DNA from: Botryllus schlosseri
Taxonomy: Eukaryota
Assembly (NCBI GenBank): GCA_051294905.1
Contig: CM119371.1
Span: 12,464,001-12,528,000, forward strand
DNA: 64,000 nt
Direction of reading: 5' to 3'
In this document: piece after piece, positions 25,707 through 40,300 of the stretch
Layout of the letters: every line of letters starts with the position of its first letter
Numbering within the stretch: position 1 is the first letter of the stretch
Notes under the pieces: model-generated
The model's input: only the letters and a program-made list of their open reading frames with translations
Told to the model about the DNA's origin: nothing
Databases searched by the model: none
Made by a program: the position numbers and the translations under genes

Positions 25707-27831
25707 GTGAATAGATTGAAATATTTGAGCTGGAAAAAATATAGATTTTTGATTGGTGACTTTGTAATGGCAATTATGTCATATATTTTGCCAGGGCCCG
25801 TGGCTGCCGCACCCTACGCCCCCGAAATGGGGATGAAGCGAGCTCGAAGGGGGAAAAATTATCATGTGATTGAATAGAAATTACATATTATTTATTTTGA
25901 GATTTTGCATTATTTTCCAAATTATCTTCGTGCCTTGCAAAATTTATTGTTGCTTACTAGCATCAGATATAATATGATTATCCTTGCCTAAAAGAAAACA
26001 ATACTTTCAAGTTAAAGAAATAGGCATTTCGCGTCGGACATTACAGTGTCACAACAAATCAAGGACTATGAAGTTCCCGTTAACATGGGAATCCGAGAAT
26101 TGTTCTGAAAAATATCGGCGAGAATAAAATGTTGGTCGAAAGTAACGCCCCATGTTGACCAAAACTTTTCTAGTGGTCCAAGTTCTCTAGGCACCTTAAT
26201 CCCACGGATAAATGCCATCCGCATGGAAAACGCTGCTCTCCGTTGAATAATGTCAATTTTACATTGCGCTCGTCGCACAGAAGTTACGCTTTTACTTTAG
26301 TCTGGTACGATTGGTAAATTTTTTCTATGTTATGACTATATAGTGAATGAATGGTCACGGAATAACAACATGCAACAAAGTCAAATCAATAACGGGCCAA
26401 TTTGAATATGAATAATAATTATTAATTGGTTGCCCTAAATTTTCAATGACATTGTTTCCCTGTACTGCCCTTCGTTGTACTGCTAAATCTGATCACATGA
26501 GCTGAGAAAGGATAAAAATTGATAGGAAGATATATCCAATCACCAATAATATTGATCGAATTCGATCATTTCAAAATCTTTGGCGCCTAATGCAACCACA
26601 GATCAGAGAGATACTGACAATTGATAACAAGAGAATTGGCGTTCAGAAGTAGGCTAGTGTCCAAAACGTTATTCATAACGAGGACTTGTGGTTGAATTTT
26701 CCTTAAAGTTTGGCGTATCACCCCATTGGGGATCCCAGAACTTTGTTTTTCGGTGCCGGACAAAGATCTGTTTCTGTCCACGCTGTCGTTGATAAATTCA
26801 ATTGATTAATTCTGTGTGACCATAAAATGCGATACTTCAGTGAGGCATTTTACAAAATATGTACTAATTGAGTATACTCCGAGTGGCTAGTTCGATTTAA
26901 AGCCTTGTTTGGTAGATCCAAAAGGCATTTATAGATCACATATGACACGGCCTTATATAAGTAAATATGTTATTTATCCGTAACGTTGTGTGTTCCTCCG
27001 CGCTCATCTATCCTATCTCATCTACCCATCCTATCTCCTAATCCATCTATACCTACTGATCGGGTTACGCCCGATATCAGTCACAGTCTAACATCGATGT
27101 ATGGATGGTAGGACGCAACAATGACAGTTAAAATCCTCATGTAATTAGGAATATTGAAATTGGTAAAACACGAAAGCTTCAGCGAAAATTCAATTCATTC
27201 AGAGTTCAAGAAACTTCAATTCTCTCAAGCTAATTTGCGCCTCTCAGATGCTTTCATGACCCCCAGTGTGAGAACCACGTAGTGCTGAGGGATATTAGTT
27301 TTTTTATTATGCCAAAACAGACAAGCGGCGGGGCATATTCTAATCAAATGTTTCGCAAATAAGCGGATTCAAGATAAAGCAGGATTCCCCTCACTTTGAA
27401 TTAAATTTTCTTTTCCGCTGTCATTTTGATATTTCGAATGATAGTAAATTAAAATTCACGTTATTTTGACCATCATGTTGAGGTTAGTGTAACTTTATTT
27501 CGTTCCGCTAAGAAGTTCACAGGTATCAGTCTCCTATAACAACGCCTATACGTCTTGTTTATCGACATTAACCACAACCTCTACCTACGTTCGCTCAATG
27601 CTGGTTTATTTCACTTTTTTGTTTTGCGGTATTCATGATGTTTGTCGACTACTATGGTCATTCACACCAGGCCGATATACTTCATTTCCTATTCCGTAAC
27701 TGCCTATTTATGGCACGGTGAAAGAGGTAGCGAAAAAGCCCAATCCCTAATATATGAATAACTTTATCGGCGCATTTTGTTGGGCAATAAGTACATGAAT
27801 CGTAAATATAGATGCGTTGTATCAATTTCAG

Positions 27832-28163
27832 ATCTCAAACTTATCGGTGAAGGTTCAGTTCGATTCATTCGATCCGTATTATTGGCGAGAAACCTTTCAA
27901 AACATGAAATGCACCGTATCCCGTTGCATTGTTGTTCCTGAAATACCAGAGGTAAGGTTGAATAAATATCCAACTAACCTGCCGCCACTAAATCCGCTAG
28001 CCCGTATTTACAGTGTGGGAAAATAGACGTGAATAAATGGATCGAAGCTGCCAAAATCACCACAGTGGGGCCAATGGAGGAAGTTATCTTGTCTTCAGTT
28101 GATAGTATTGCACTCCGAATTGAAGACATCCAATTACTGAATGCAATACAATATCGCCAAAAG
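27832..28163 (+). CDS. Repeat cassette 2: exon A 27832-27951 + exon B 28014-28163
   Basis: Same splice sites and 120/150-nt lengths, open frames; starts 2457 nt after cassette 1. Confidence 0.8.
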
Positions 28164-29649
28164 GTGAATATAATAAAATATTTGAACACTAAAAAATATA
28201 GATTTTTGACGTGGGATTTTGAAATGGCAATCATGTCATCTCTGTCGTCGGGCCCGTAACTATTGCACCCGACGCCCTCTAATTAGGGATGGGGCGAGCT
28301 CGAAGGGGGTCAAAATTATTATGTGATCCTATAGAAATTACATATTATTTATTTTGCGATTTTTGCAATATTTCCCAAATTTTCTTCGCGCTGCTCGAAA
28401 TTTGATGTCGCTAACTAGCGTCTGATATAATATGGTTATCCTTCACTGCAAGAAAAATTACTTTTAAGTTGAGGAAATAGGCAGTTAGCGTCGGTCATTA
28501 TCGTGTCACGACAAATCAAGGCCTTTAAAGTTCCCGCTATCATGGGACTCCGAGAATCGTGCTGAAAAATAACGGCGGGTATAAAATGTTGGTCGAAATT
28601 AACGCCCCATGTTAACCGAAACCTTTCCAATGGTCCAAGTTCTATAGCCGCCTTAATCCCACGGATAAATGCCATCCGCAGAGGAAACGCCGCACTTCGT
28701 TAAGTAATGCCAATTTTACATTGTGCTCGTCGCACAGAAGTGACCCTTTTAGTTTAGTCTGGTAGGATTGGCAATTTTACTATCTTTTGACCATATAGCG
28801 AAAGGATGGTCACGGAATAACAACTTGCAAAAAAGTCAATTCAATATCGGGCCTATTGAATATGAATAATAATTATTAATCGGCTCCCCTAAATTTTCAA
28901 TGAGATTACTTCCCTCAGTTGTACTGCTAAATCTGATCACGTGAGTTGAGAAAGGATAAAAATTGATAGGAATATATATCCGATCACCAATAATGTTGAT
29001 CGAATTCAATCATGAATTTTAAAATTATAGTCGCTTCATGCAACCACACATCAGAAAGAAAATGATTGTTGATAACAAGAGATTTCGCGCTCAAAAGTAG
29101 TGGCTAAAACGTTATTCGCAACGACAGCTTCTGTTTGAATTTTTCTCGGAGATTGGCTTACCGCGCCATGGGGGAGGGGGGATCCAAGAACTACGTTCTG
29201 AGTGCAGGACGACGTCCTGTTTTGGTCTAGGCCGTCGTTGAGAAATTCATTTGATTAAATCTGTATTGCCATAAAATTCGATACTTAAGTGAGGTATTCT
29301 ACAAAATCTGTACTAATTGACTATACTCTGAGTGGCTACTTTGATTTAAATTCTTGTTTGGTAGATGCAAAGGGCATTTATACATCACATATGACTTCGG
29401 ATTTTATAGGGAAATTTGTTATTTCTCCATAACAACTATGACTGTTAAAATCGTCATATATAATTAGTATTCTTGCATTTGATAAAACAAGAAAGCTTCA
29501 GCAAAAATCGAACTCATTCAGAGTTCAAGAAACTTGATTTCTCTCAAGCGAATTCGCGCCTCCTTCAGATGCTTTTATGACACCCAGTGTGAGAACCTCG
29601 TAGTGCTGAGGGATGGATTTTTTTTATTATGCGACAACAGACAAGCGGC

Positions 29650-31426
29650 GAGAGGTGTCTTTTATTTGTACATGTCTCTAATGACACCAATGTCGCCAAT
29701 GTCACCAATATCGACGATGCCGCCATTGCTGACCATGCCGTCATTGCCGCTCGGGGGCCAATGGGTTGCGAGTTGGAGTCCGATCGAGGTTGGCTCCACA
29801 ATTCCTACCTAAGTGTTGTTATCTAGGCTCCTACTCGATCCTCGCTATTCCTTCCTAAGTGTTGAAGGTTTATCTAGGCTCCTCCTCGCCATGTCATTCG
29901 TGTGAGCCCGGGGGGCCAACCTGCGGCCGCAGTAGGAAATTTGTGTGTATAAATGTGTCGGAGAAAGCCTATACCATGGTTTACAAAAAACGGTAAAAGA
30001 AGCCCAACTCTGACCAGCGAGGATATCTCGAGCTCTCGCCCCAGCCAGATCCTCAAAGCGTTATTAAAGTTGGAAGGTATTACGCAACCCTAAAAGGAAA
30101 CAAATTACCAAAAAGAATTTCCTGGATCGAAGATGAAAATGCGCCGCCCCTGTATCTCTTGTGGAATATAAAGGTGAGCTAGTGGAATGCAAAGTCATGG
30201 AAACATCAGTGAAAATAATGAAATCTATATTCGGACGCATTCTAACATTACGACTGAAATAAAAAAGAAATGTTTCTATATTCCCGCAAATATACTTTAC
30301 GGCAAGTTGCAAACGGAGACGACAGATTGCGAAAGGCGATAGGTGACAGGCCACGAAATCCATATTAAATCCACCAAACCAAATATCGGACAAAACATGA
30401 GCAGCCTGACAATAAGATTTATATGAAGGGTGGGGGGGTTCGCTGACGTGATGCTGCAAGTGTTTAACATGGCACATACTTCCAATTTGTTAAAAAAGTC
30501 ATCCATTCTGAAGACAGTCCCCCTAGCATAATTTTATGCACTGACGAACAAATGATTGATTTGAAAAATCAATGCGTTGCAGGTAACGCGGTTTTCGGCT
30601 TCGACAAAACATAAAACTTGGGAAACATCTACGTGAAAGCTGCAGTATTCAAAAACATGAAGCTAATCAGTGGTAGAACGAATTACCACCCTATCTTTAT
30701 TAGTCCATTGTATTTGCATCACAAATCGGATACTGAAACGTATAAAGACTTTTTTTTTAACCAGCTCGCAACATCTCTTGGTTCAGACTTCAATCGCTTA
30801 ACCGTTGGAACTGATAACGAAACAACTCTTCATACAGCCATGGAGAGGTCGTTTCCCAAGTGTACACATATACTTTGCCTAAAACATTTGAATGAAAATC
30901 TCAACGAGAAGATGCAAAATGGAATTGGAGTCTGCAAAGTTCTGAGACAGAGTTTCGTCAAAAATGTTTTGATTCTTCTCGACAGTGTCACGGAAGATGA
31001 GTTCGAACAACGTCTAAATAACGTTATTTCACGCTGCCATTCGGACTGCCCAAAATTGATTCCATACTTTCTGAAGTGATGTTCGATTTGCTAAAAAACA
31101 CAGTTTGGAAAACTTTCAAGATATCTCCCGGAAACAAATTTTGGACAAATAACAACAACGAGAGTATGAATCATGTCTTTAACCGACTTACTGGTTGGAA
31201 ACTTGAAAAGATTCCAGAACTTATCGACACCTCGCGCAGGCAGTTTCGACGCAATATCGTGATGCTCGGCGAAGCATAACTAATAGGCCTACTGGGCCAT
31301 ATCGTATGATCGGTTGCTGCAATAAATTTCCTGTTCCGCAGTGGGATTGGAGCCTTTTTACCGATGAGCTACAGGACATGATTTACAGTGATTTCTTGAA
31401 GTACATTCCCCGGAGAAATTTGCATC
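29650..31426 (+). mobile_element. Truncated Mutator-like (MULE) element with transposase pseudogene (~30420-31400)
   Basis: VFGFDKT*NLG, VGTDNE..L..AM...FP...HILCLKH, WTNNNNESMNH; stops and frameshifts; interrupts the spacer between cassettes 2 and 3; 9-bp tandem repeats at 29680-29750. Confidence 0.8.
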
Positions 31427-31783
31427 GCTGTCATTTTTATATTTCGAGTGATAATGAATTAAAATTGACGTTATTTTGCCCATCATGTTGAGGTTAGTGT
31501 AAGTTTATTTCATTCCGCTAAGAATTTCATAAGTATCAGGCTCCTATAACAACGCATTTACATCTTGTTTATCGAGATTACCTAGAACCTGAACCTACGT
31601 TCGCTCAATCCTTGTTTATTTTATTTTGTTTGTTTTATTGTATTCATGGTATTTGTCGACTACTATGGTCATTCACACCGTGCGAAAACGCCCAATCCAT
31701 AATAGATGGATAACTTTATCGGTGAATTTTATTGGACAATAAGTATATGAATTGAAAATATTAATGCGTTGTATCATTTTCAG

Positions 31784-32114
31784 ATCTCTAACTTATGGAT
31801 GAAGGTTCAGTTCCATTCATTCGATCCCGATTCATGGCGAGAAACCTTTCAAAACATGAAATGCACCGTATCCTGTTGCATTGTTACTCCGGATATACCA
31901 GAGGTAATGTTGAATATATATTCAACTAACATGACGCCACTAATCTGCTACTCCGTATTTATAGTGTTGGGAAATAGACGTGGAAAAATGGATCGAAGCT
32001 GCCAAAATCGCAGAAGTGGGGCCAGTGGAAGAAGTCATTTTATCTTCGATTGATAGTATTCCAGTCCGAATTGGAGACATTCGAATACTGGATGCAATAC
32101 AATATCGCTCGAAG
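31784..32114 (+). CDS. Repeat cassette 3: exon A 31784-31903 + exon B 31965-32114
   Basis: Same splice sites and lengths, open frames. Confidence 0.8.
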
Positions 32115-32925
32115 GTGAATAGAATGAAATATTTGAAATGTAAAAAATATAGATTTTGGATTGGGGATTTTTAATGGCAATTATGTCATCTCTGTGGCCA
32201 AGGCAGGGTTGTAACCAAGTCACATGGTTCCGAGTCACGAGTCAATCTTACTTTTGTGGTTTTGACTCGAGTCAAGTCGAGTCATTTTCAATTCATCACC
32301 GACTCGAGTCCGAGTCCAAGTCACCGTGTGAAGGGTCAAGTCCGAGTCATAGTGTTATGACTCGAGTCGAGTCCAAGTCACAGTATTGAAGTCACGTTCC
32401 AACTCATGTTTTCAATCCTGCTTGGGTGATATCGAATTCCTTGCTTGCCAAACATGCTCATTTTGTCCCTATCAAGAGTCTTGGCACGTGTTTATTTAGG
32501 CATATAACGGACAGGTCCTGGCCTCATTTACTGATGCTACAGATAACTTTACTACTCTTAGATTTTAAAATCAAATATCTGTCTTGTCAGTCTGATACAT
32601 CACCAGTACAAGCATTCAGTTTTTATTAGGAGCACATCGACGACAGCTTACATATAGCTGATAGAGAGCCAACGAATTCACGTTTATCAGACTGTCTGAT
32701 AGAGAACCAACGAATTCACGTCAAGATACCAGCTGATAGAGAATCAACAGATGCATGTTTATGTAGAGGTATTTACACCAGGTCAGCATGCTGTAAAAGC
32801 GTGCATGCAGCTATGTGCATTGTGCAGTAACAAAAGTACAGATTCCTTTTGATATTACCATAAAAAGGTTTTCCCAATTTTATTACAGACTACATCGCAG
32901 TTACAGCATTGGAGAAATAACTGTA

Positions 32926-33413
32926 CAATGGGGCTGTTCATAAACATTTTTCCAAATTTTCCGGCTACTTCAAAATTGTTAGATTGCCTAAAAAATTCAA
33001 ATTTTGCTCAATTCTAACCAGTTGGAAGCAATGCTATGAAAGAAAATTTTGGAATAATTACAAATAGAGATTTTCGAATTATACCGGCTATCTCATGATA
33101 TTGTTACATTGTGTAAAAATATGATTCATAGCAAATTTGCCTCAATTCCAACTAGAAGAACTGAAGTTATTAGAGTAGAATGTTTTGGATATGAGAAATA
33201 GTCGGCTTACTACTAGCATGTTATTATATCATATGAAAGAATTTCTCACTAAAGATACTCCACGTATTTTCAAATCAAAAATTTTCTCCTCTCATATCAT
33301 TGATTCTACTTTGTAAAATTGAGCCAGATTCAATGTTCTTTCTATTCAACGTATCAATTTTATCAAGTAGCCACCAGTTAAATAAAAAATAAGTTATTTT
33401 AAAAGCCCCACTG
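32926..33413. mobile_element. Tc1/mariner-like MITE
   Basis: TA|caatggggct ... agccccactg|TA. Confidence 0.55.
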
Positions 33414-33939
33414 TACAAACATCACGAAGCAATAGCCATTCATTATTACCCATGTGCACAATGCACATACCTAACAAAAGGTCAAATGGACAGAGGGTAT
33501 TGTGTGTTTTAACAGACAGCAGATCAAATCATTGAAAACGTCAAATTAACAGAGGGTATTGTGTGTTTTATCAGTCAGCAGATCAAATCAATGACGAGTT
33601 GCACTTCAAAAATACCAAAGTGGAAAGGAGATCCTCAGATATATTAGAGCGGCATGGCCTTATAGAATAAATCCAACTCTACTGATTACACGTTCCACAG
33701 GTGCACTAGATGCAGGAATTGACAAGCATTTTTGAACCACACTGAAGAGCATTGGATACTCATTCTTTCGAGTCGCCCAAAAATGCAAAGAATCATCGCT
33801 TTCAAATCTACACATGAGCTTATCAGTCTCTTCCAAGTACTTGACCATCTAAGTCATTGCATTGGCTCTAATTGAACTTTGCATTGTTTGCTTGTATAAT
33901 TGAAAAGTCTTAAGCACTTTGATTGCGGAGGATCTAGTA

Positions 33940-35184
33940 CAGGGGTGGGCAAACTACGGCCCGCGAGAGTCTGAAGAAACTTATTAAAAATATTGATTAA
34001 ATGCGTACTAAAAATCGAATATTATCGAATCGAATAGTATATTTCAACATGATAATTCTAAGACAGTGGTCCACAAACACTGTGGGGATGGCTAGGGGCG
34101 TGAGAGTATCTGAAGGGGGGCGCGAAGCAAAGCTCGAATGAAATTCTTCCGCTTCGCGCGATTTACCCCAATTTCATATTGCTCTGTATTTAGTCTGAAT
34201 TTCATATTTAAAAATCTCTCATCCACAGTCATAACCTTCCATGCCGTTAAACTATCCGTTACGTTTTTCAGCCTCCTGGTTGCGGTTTGCGATATGACGA
34301 TAAGAGGGGGCAAAAACTTTCACCATCATATGGGGGGGGGGGGGGCGTGTTTTAAGAACTTTGAGAACCACTGTTCTGGGGTAAATACTTCCTATATTAT
34401 TTTTTATGGCGCGATAGCTCGATCTCAAGGCCCACGCAGTTTGAAAAGTTTCAACTGCCAAACAGCACATAAATGCTAAACGAGAATTATATAATGACGA
34501 GTGTAATTTCAGATTATCCACTCCAGTTTTAATTATTTTAGTGATGTGGTTATCAAAAACGATTCGCGCGTGTCTTCGGTAGAATCGTTCTCTGTATGCG
34601 TAGAATTAGGGCAGTGGTTCTCAGAGTGGGGGTGCGCCACCCTTGGGGGCGTGATAGCATCTGAAGGGGCGCAAAACTGCGGTCAACTGAATTTTTTTTC
34701 GCCCTTCGCGCGATTAACCTCTAATTCATGGTCTTTGCTCTGTGTATAGTCCGAATTTCATATTTCTGAACTCTCTCTTCAACAGTCATAACCCTACATG
34801 TCATCAAACTGTGCGTTGGGATTGCAAGCATTCTGGTTCCATTTTGTGATATGATGAAAAGGGGGCGCGAAATTTTTCACGATCCCCAGGCGTGTCTAAA
34901 GAAGTTTGAGAACTACTTAATTAGGGTATTTATTTTTTATCTACACATAGTATGAATGGTGTTCGAAGCTAACATGGTTATGATGTTTATGACGCGTGTA
35001 CGATATCGTCAAAGCAATATTTGGTTTGTTTTAAGTAAGCATATATATTATCTCCATGTCCTCACTATATAATCAAATACCAATATTGCGTTTTGGTTTA
35101 TAATCCCAATTTTACATAATGCGGCCCGCGAATGGATTCAGATGTTGAATGCGGCCCGCGAGCTCAAAAGTTTACCCACCCCTG
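33940..35184. mobile_element. hAT Charlie-type MITE inserted in the transposase gene
   Basis: TIR caggggtgggcaaact / agtttacccacccctg; perfect TSD atctagta; carries two small cagtggt MITEs. Confidence 0.9.
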
Positions 35185-36819
35185 ATCTAGTACCTCTTCA
35201 TCACCGGATCATTTTGTAGCTTGGCTGGTCATATTGTATGAATGAGTGTCAGCCTCAGTCGTTATCAACTCGATTATTTTCTGACGCAGTGCAATTCGGG
35301 ATTGTTCTGAGCAATTTAGATCCATGAGCCAATGGAAAGCAAATTTCGGATCGAGCACGCAGGATGTGAGGTAGATGGTTTCACCAAACGGTTCGGGATT
35401 ACCGATAGGCCTATCCAAAGACTCATTAGTTGTGATCATGTTCACATTTTCAAACACTCCTGCAAAACGCTGTAAAAGAGAATTCTTCAATGCTTCAACT
35501 AATGCGCGCAAGTAATTAACAGTGAGGATGTGCCTATTTGCATGGTGGCGAGAGCAGGGTTGGTACGACACAACTGATGGTGGGTGTATATTCTCTCTGA
35601 GTGAGATCTGTGGCAATAGCAAAGGTCCAAAATACCAAAATATTGATAAGTTTTTTCAATGGGGCATTTCCACTTCATTTTGAACACTAGGGGAGATAAA
35701 GATAACTCGACCCAAAACTGTTTTGTTGCTATATGCTTTACTATGGGACTGGACTAAACGTGGACCTAATTTCGTCTATTGAAGTACAACGAGGATGGTG
35801 AAAGTATCAATATCAATATAAATCATCCATAAGGATATCAAATAGCTGTTACCGACGAAAATGATGCTATTTCTTGGCGTCTTGTCCTCGTGATGGACAT
35901 AGACATCCTAGCAGCTTACATTGCTGTTAATTTTCGAGAGTCATATGATATGGCTGTGCTCATTGTGTAAGGATGACGGTCATTTGATCTCAAAAGATGC
36001 ATCAAACAGAAATAGAAAGTTATCGTGAGGATGGTTCCGTTTACAAAGAGGTATAGATGCCTGGTCCTGGAAAAGTTGTCTGCAGAATATCATTTCACCA
36101 ACATGATTTATCCGGCTTATCTTGCAGTTAATCAGCTCCCCCATGAGCGTTGTGTGCGTTATGGAAAATCATGCAATGTGCAGTTGCTGCTGTGTGGTCC
36201 TACAACATATAAAAATCATGTGTTTGAATTACAATGAAGCTGATGAAACTTCAATATAGGAAGCATGACGTCATTTTTCTACTGCCAACTGAAAGACATC
36301 CCAGCAAACACATTACGGCATGCGGCCATCCGTCGGATAACTTGTCATTTGGCCCAGATTCATCCTAGTGCCATCCGGTTGAACCGAGCGCGTCGACTCT
36401 TGGTGTTATCCAGTGGGTGACCTCTGACTATCCATCAACTCATTTTTGAGTCACTTCCTGGCCACTGTAGGGACAAAGTCCTGTTGGGACCGATATCCAT
36501 AGACTATCCACTGATCTAACTTCTGAATACTAGCTAGCTCCTGGACCTGCATATTTCCTTACCACAGGTTAGGCGACGCACAAATACACTTAAACAAGAT
36601 TGATTTTCAGGCAAAAAGCTTCTATTATCACATTGTCAACAATAAAAGTTGAGCAGCAATGAGTAAAATCGACAACGGCTGTAAATCACGTCAAAATCAA
36701 TCACTCAAGTTTAAGAGATACAATAAAGCAGCAGGTGCACTCAAAAATAACATAAGTAGTCGATCAATCAATTAATCAATCGGGCCAAGAATGAAATGAC
36801 TAGGAACTATGTACAGTTG

Positions 36820-37330
36820 TACACTGGGGAAAATACCACACATGGGCTAGTGGTGAAAAATAAAAAGGAAGTTCGAAGCAATTACCTTCAATTTCGTCCA
36901 TGAGAATAAAAACAAGACACGCTCCGCATTACACATACACAGCTATATCAGAGGTTGGCAAGTTTTGAAAATCATTATAGGCAATAGTAAAAATTTCAAC
37001 AAAAGCACAGCAAAAAGTCGAAGCAACAACTGTCAAACAATCAAGGTGAAGAAGCATGCACACTGGGAAGATTACAGAATACGACACATGGGCAAGTGTT
37101 GAAAAATGAAGATAGGTCGAAGCAATTACCTAGAATTCTGCCAATGAGAATATAAAAACAAGACACAGCACCGCACTACATGTATACAAATGTATCTGAA
37201 ATACAGAGGTTGGCAAGTTTTGAAAATCATTATGCAACAAGACAAAGCGATAGGCCTACATTACAAATTGCAGTGAAGTAGAAAAACGCACAGCATCGAG
37301 TCAAAGCAACAACCGTCAAATCAAGTTGAA
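36820..37330. repeat. Diverged tandem duplication of ~240-250 bp
   Basis: cgaagcaattacc and cagaggttggcaagttttgaaaatcatta each occur twice. Confidence 0.8.
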
Positions 37331-40300
37331 AAAGTACGTTCACAATATGATAATTCCATAGAAATGGGTGGTTGAAGTTCTCCAATGACAGCAAAAATAC
37401 ATGCACAGGGAACTACCTGTTGTTGACATTCAAGATGGCAAGTATTGAGGTGAAGAGGTAATACAAATAGAGATACAAAAAATAGGATGTTTCAGTCTGG
37501 TCAATTGGTCGTTCCGACATCCTCTATGTGCAGATCTGTCCCACATTGTGCAAGGTGTAGTGTGACAAATAATAAAACACTTCTACTTGGTTTTTCAGAC
37601 ATAACCAGTTAGATAGCCCCTATAATGTAGCTATAGTGAGAGCAATTTAGAAATCACACTATAATTAAGTGCCATTCTATATTTGTTGCGGTGATATATC
37701 CTGCAATTTCGAAAGCGGCCCCTACCTACTGCAGTAACCTACAAGTGTGCGACTCGTTCTACTTTTGGAAAGTACTCAGGTAGTCAGATTCAGATCCACC
37801 TTTACTTGAGCAGCAAGGATGACTCACTTTCACCTCTTTTTGATCGTATATACCTTGTCTAGAGCGGATGAAAATAATGATCAGCAGATTCCACTGTAAC
37901 TTGTAAAAAATTCCAGAGCAAGCATTGCACACTTGCAATCAACAATTTCTCTAGCTGGAAATATCATCAATCTCGATACAGGTTTAACTTGCAACGAGAT
38001 GAAAAGTTGGTATGATGGGAAGAAAGGTCTTTACACAGCATCCTCTTTCTCGTCATCGTCTGGGTAAGGCTGAGACTGGATATGGACTGTTCGGCATGCT
38101 TGTCCTAAAATAAGTAGCAAAATCATTACAAGCAAACATGAAATAATCCTTCAAAATGCTACCAATTCCTAACGCCTTGCAAAAAATATTCAAATACTTA
38201 CTAAGTACAGCATACTATGCATAAACACACAAATCATGAATATTAAAATTTACGACCATTATTGAACAGTGGACACTAGGGGTAGGGGTGTCCAAAGAAA
38301 CTTTTTTCCAATTTCATTGGATTAGTTGGCAAATCATTAGGGTACCTAAAATTACCTTGCACAACAAATTTAACTAAATTTCAACCAGTAGAGGCCAAGG
38401 TCATCCAATTCTAAATTCCAATCATTTTTCAAATAATAGTATTTACGGTGGAAAATTTCACCACTCCGAGATGATCAAAAATGCGTATGATGCAGGGATG
38501 CTTTTCTCCACCCGTTTTCATCTTTACAAGGGCCTATGCTAGAGTTTGGATGAAGACATTACCAGTTGGTGAATAAAAGATATGACACGGATTAGCTGGA
38601 AATTAGTAGATTTCATTGAAATAGGCAGTAGACACGTTCAAATGATGGTGAATTGGTGATATTCTTTGCAAATAAACTACTTTTCACATTAAAATTAACG
38701 AACACGAAAACGAAAAATAACTGACACGCAGGTAAAATACCCCCTACAAAATGCTGAAACGCCAAATTTTTGTATATTTCCATTTTCAGGTCATTTCGAT
38801 ACGACATCAGCGCTGTCGATGAGCGAGTCCGTGATATCGCGTAAATGCTAAGTATTAACCATTAACCGATACACTCGCAAATAATTGAATACGCAGATTC
38901 GTAGGCGGCGACAAACTAATGCTTGAAACGCCCCAGTAAATTGTAATCCTGGATTTCGACATGCAATTGTTGCGATGTCAGACTAGGTTCCAACCCATTG
39001 TGCTGTAGTCAAGTTAAGGAATTACTGATTAGATGCGCTGGAGCCTACAATATTCGCATCGTAGGCCTCGGATGCGTGCTTTCTCGTTTGCAATCATCGG
39101 TAAGCTACTGATTCGCGTCTGCTTTATACGCTCGTATTCCTTCAGTGTCACTTGTCGGTGTTGGATTTGTTATTAATAATGCGCATTGTGCAGTGCACAG
39201 CGTTTGATTACGTTCTCAAATTTGATGCAACACGAGATTCTCGGTGGCGCAAATTCTGAATTTATTCGATTAGTTTGAACGGGAACCTTCTACGTTCCAA
39301 TACATTAAACTTCAATGGACTCGACACACCAAATTTGGTTCAATTCCAGCCAGTAGTCGCATTGCTACAGGAGAAGAAAGTTCTGATTCATTAATATAAA
39401 AATTATTATTAAAAAAAGTTCGGGTTTGAGTCTTTACGGTGACCGATTCTTTGTTTATTTACTATAGTTATGCTCACTGTAAATACTATTTTATTCAAAT
39501 CCAAATTTTTTGAGGACAATGACTCTGCTTCCACTGGTTGGAATTCAACCAAATTTGGTTTGTAGGCTTAAATTAGCTAACCTAACAATTTTATCAAGTA
39601 GCCAAGCCTGCACGCTATAATTGCTGGCATGAACCTTAATGTGCACCGGGCTACGCCTGATATCGTTACCAGCCTGAACTATCGAGTTAGAGTCTACAGC
39701 AGGACTGGCGCATGTGATAACATTGCTGCATGGCCGTAACTATAGCGTCTGCTACAGGCATGATTTGCCTGTTATCTCTATTTATTCGATCGTTATGATA
39801 TACTGGCTTAATACTGACAGTGTCAAATTGAATAGCTTTAAATCAGCGCAATTGGCCACGAACAGACGCGAACGGACATAATTGATAAGCGCTAATAGGC
39901 CTACTAAAACATCAGAAGATGCATGTACTTAACCGTTTTAAACGATGCTAACTTGATAAATTTTTAACAATTTCAAACCACTCCCTTATTTCATCTGTTC
40001 ACCCTATGTAGAAATAAAATTCGGCGCCTAGAAGTATGGTTACACAATATTACCATTATGTGCTCTCCGCATACATTTAGCCAATCAATATTGCATCTAC
40101 CTCGTATTGCTGATTTCTGTTTTTTGGATGGTGCATGGCACAACGCAGATCTGACTGCAATTCTGCTGTCTTTTTCCGGAACAGTCGTAGTAATATTGCA
40201 ACAAGCACCTATACAGGAAGATTATATTAAACAAATTGAGACGCCAAACTAGTTTAACCGATGATATACAATATTGCATTAACTCAGTGCACACAAAGAT

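Noticed and set aside
25707..25877. Read-through tails of exon B (VNRLKYL...) as alternative terminal exons
   Set aside because: Stop positions and frames differ among the five copies and run into MITE-derived sequence; a conserved |gtgaat donor explains it better. Not excluded without RNA data.
32225..32395. CRISPR-like or iteron repeats (gactcgagtc)
   Set aside because: Irregular subterminal repeats of the hAT element, mirrored at 50370-50470; eukaryotic context, no cas genes
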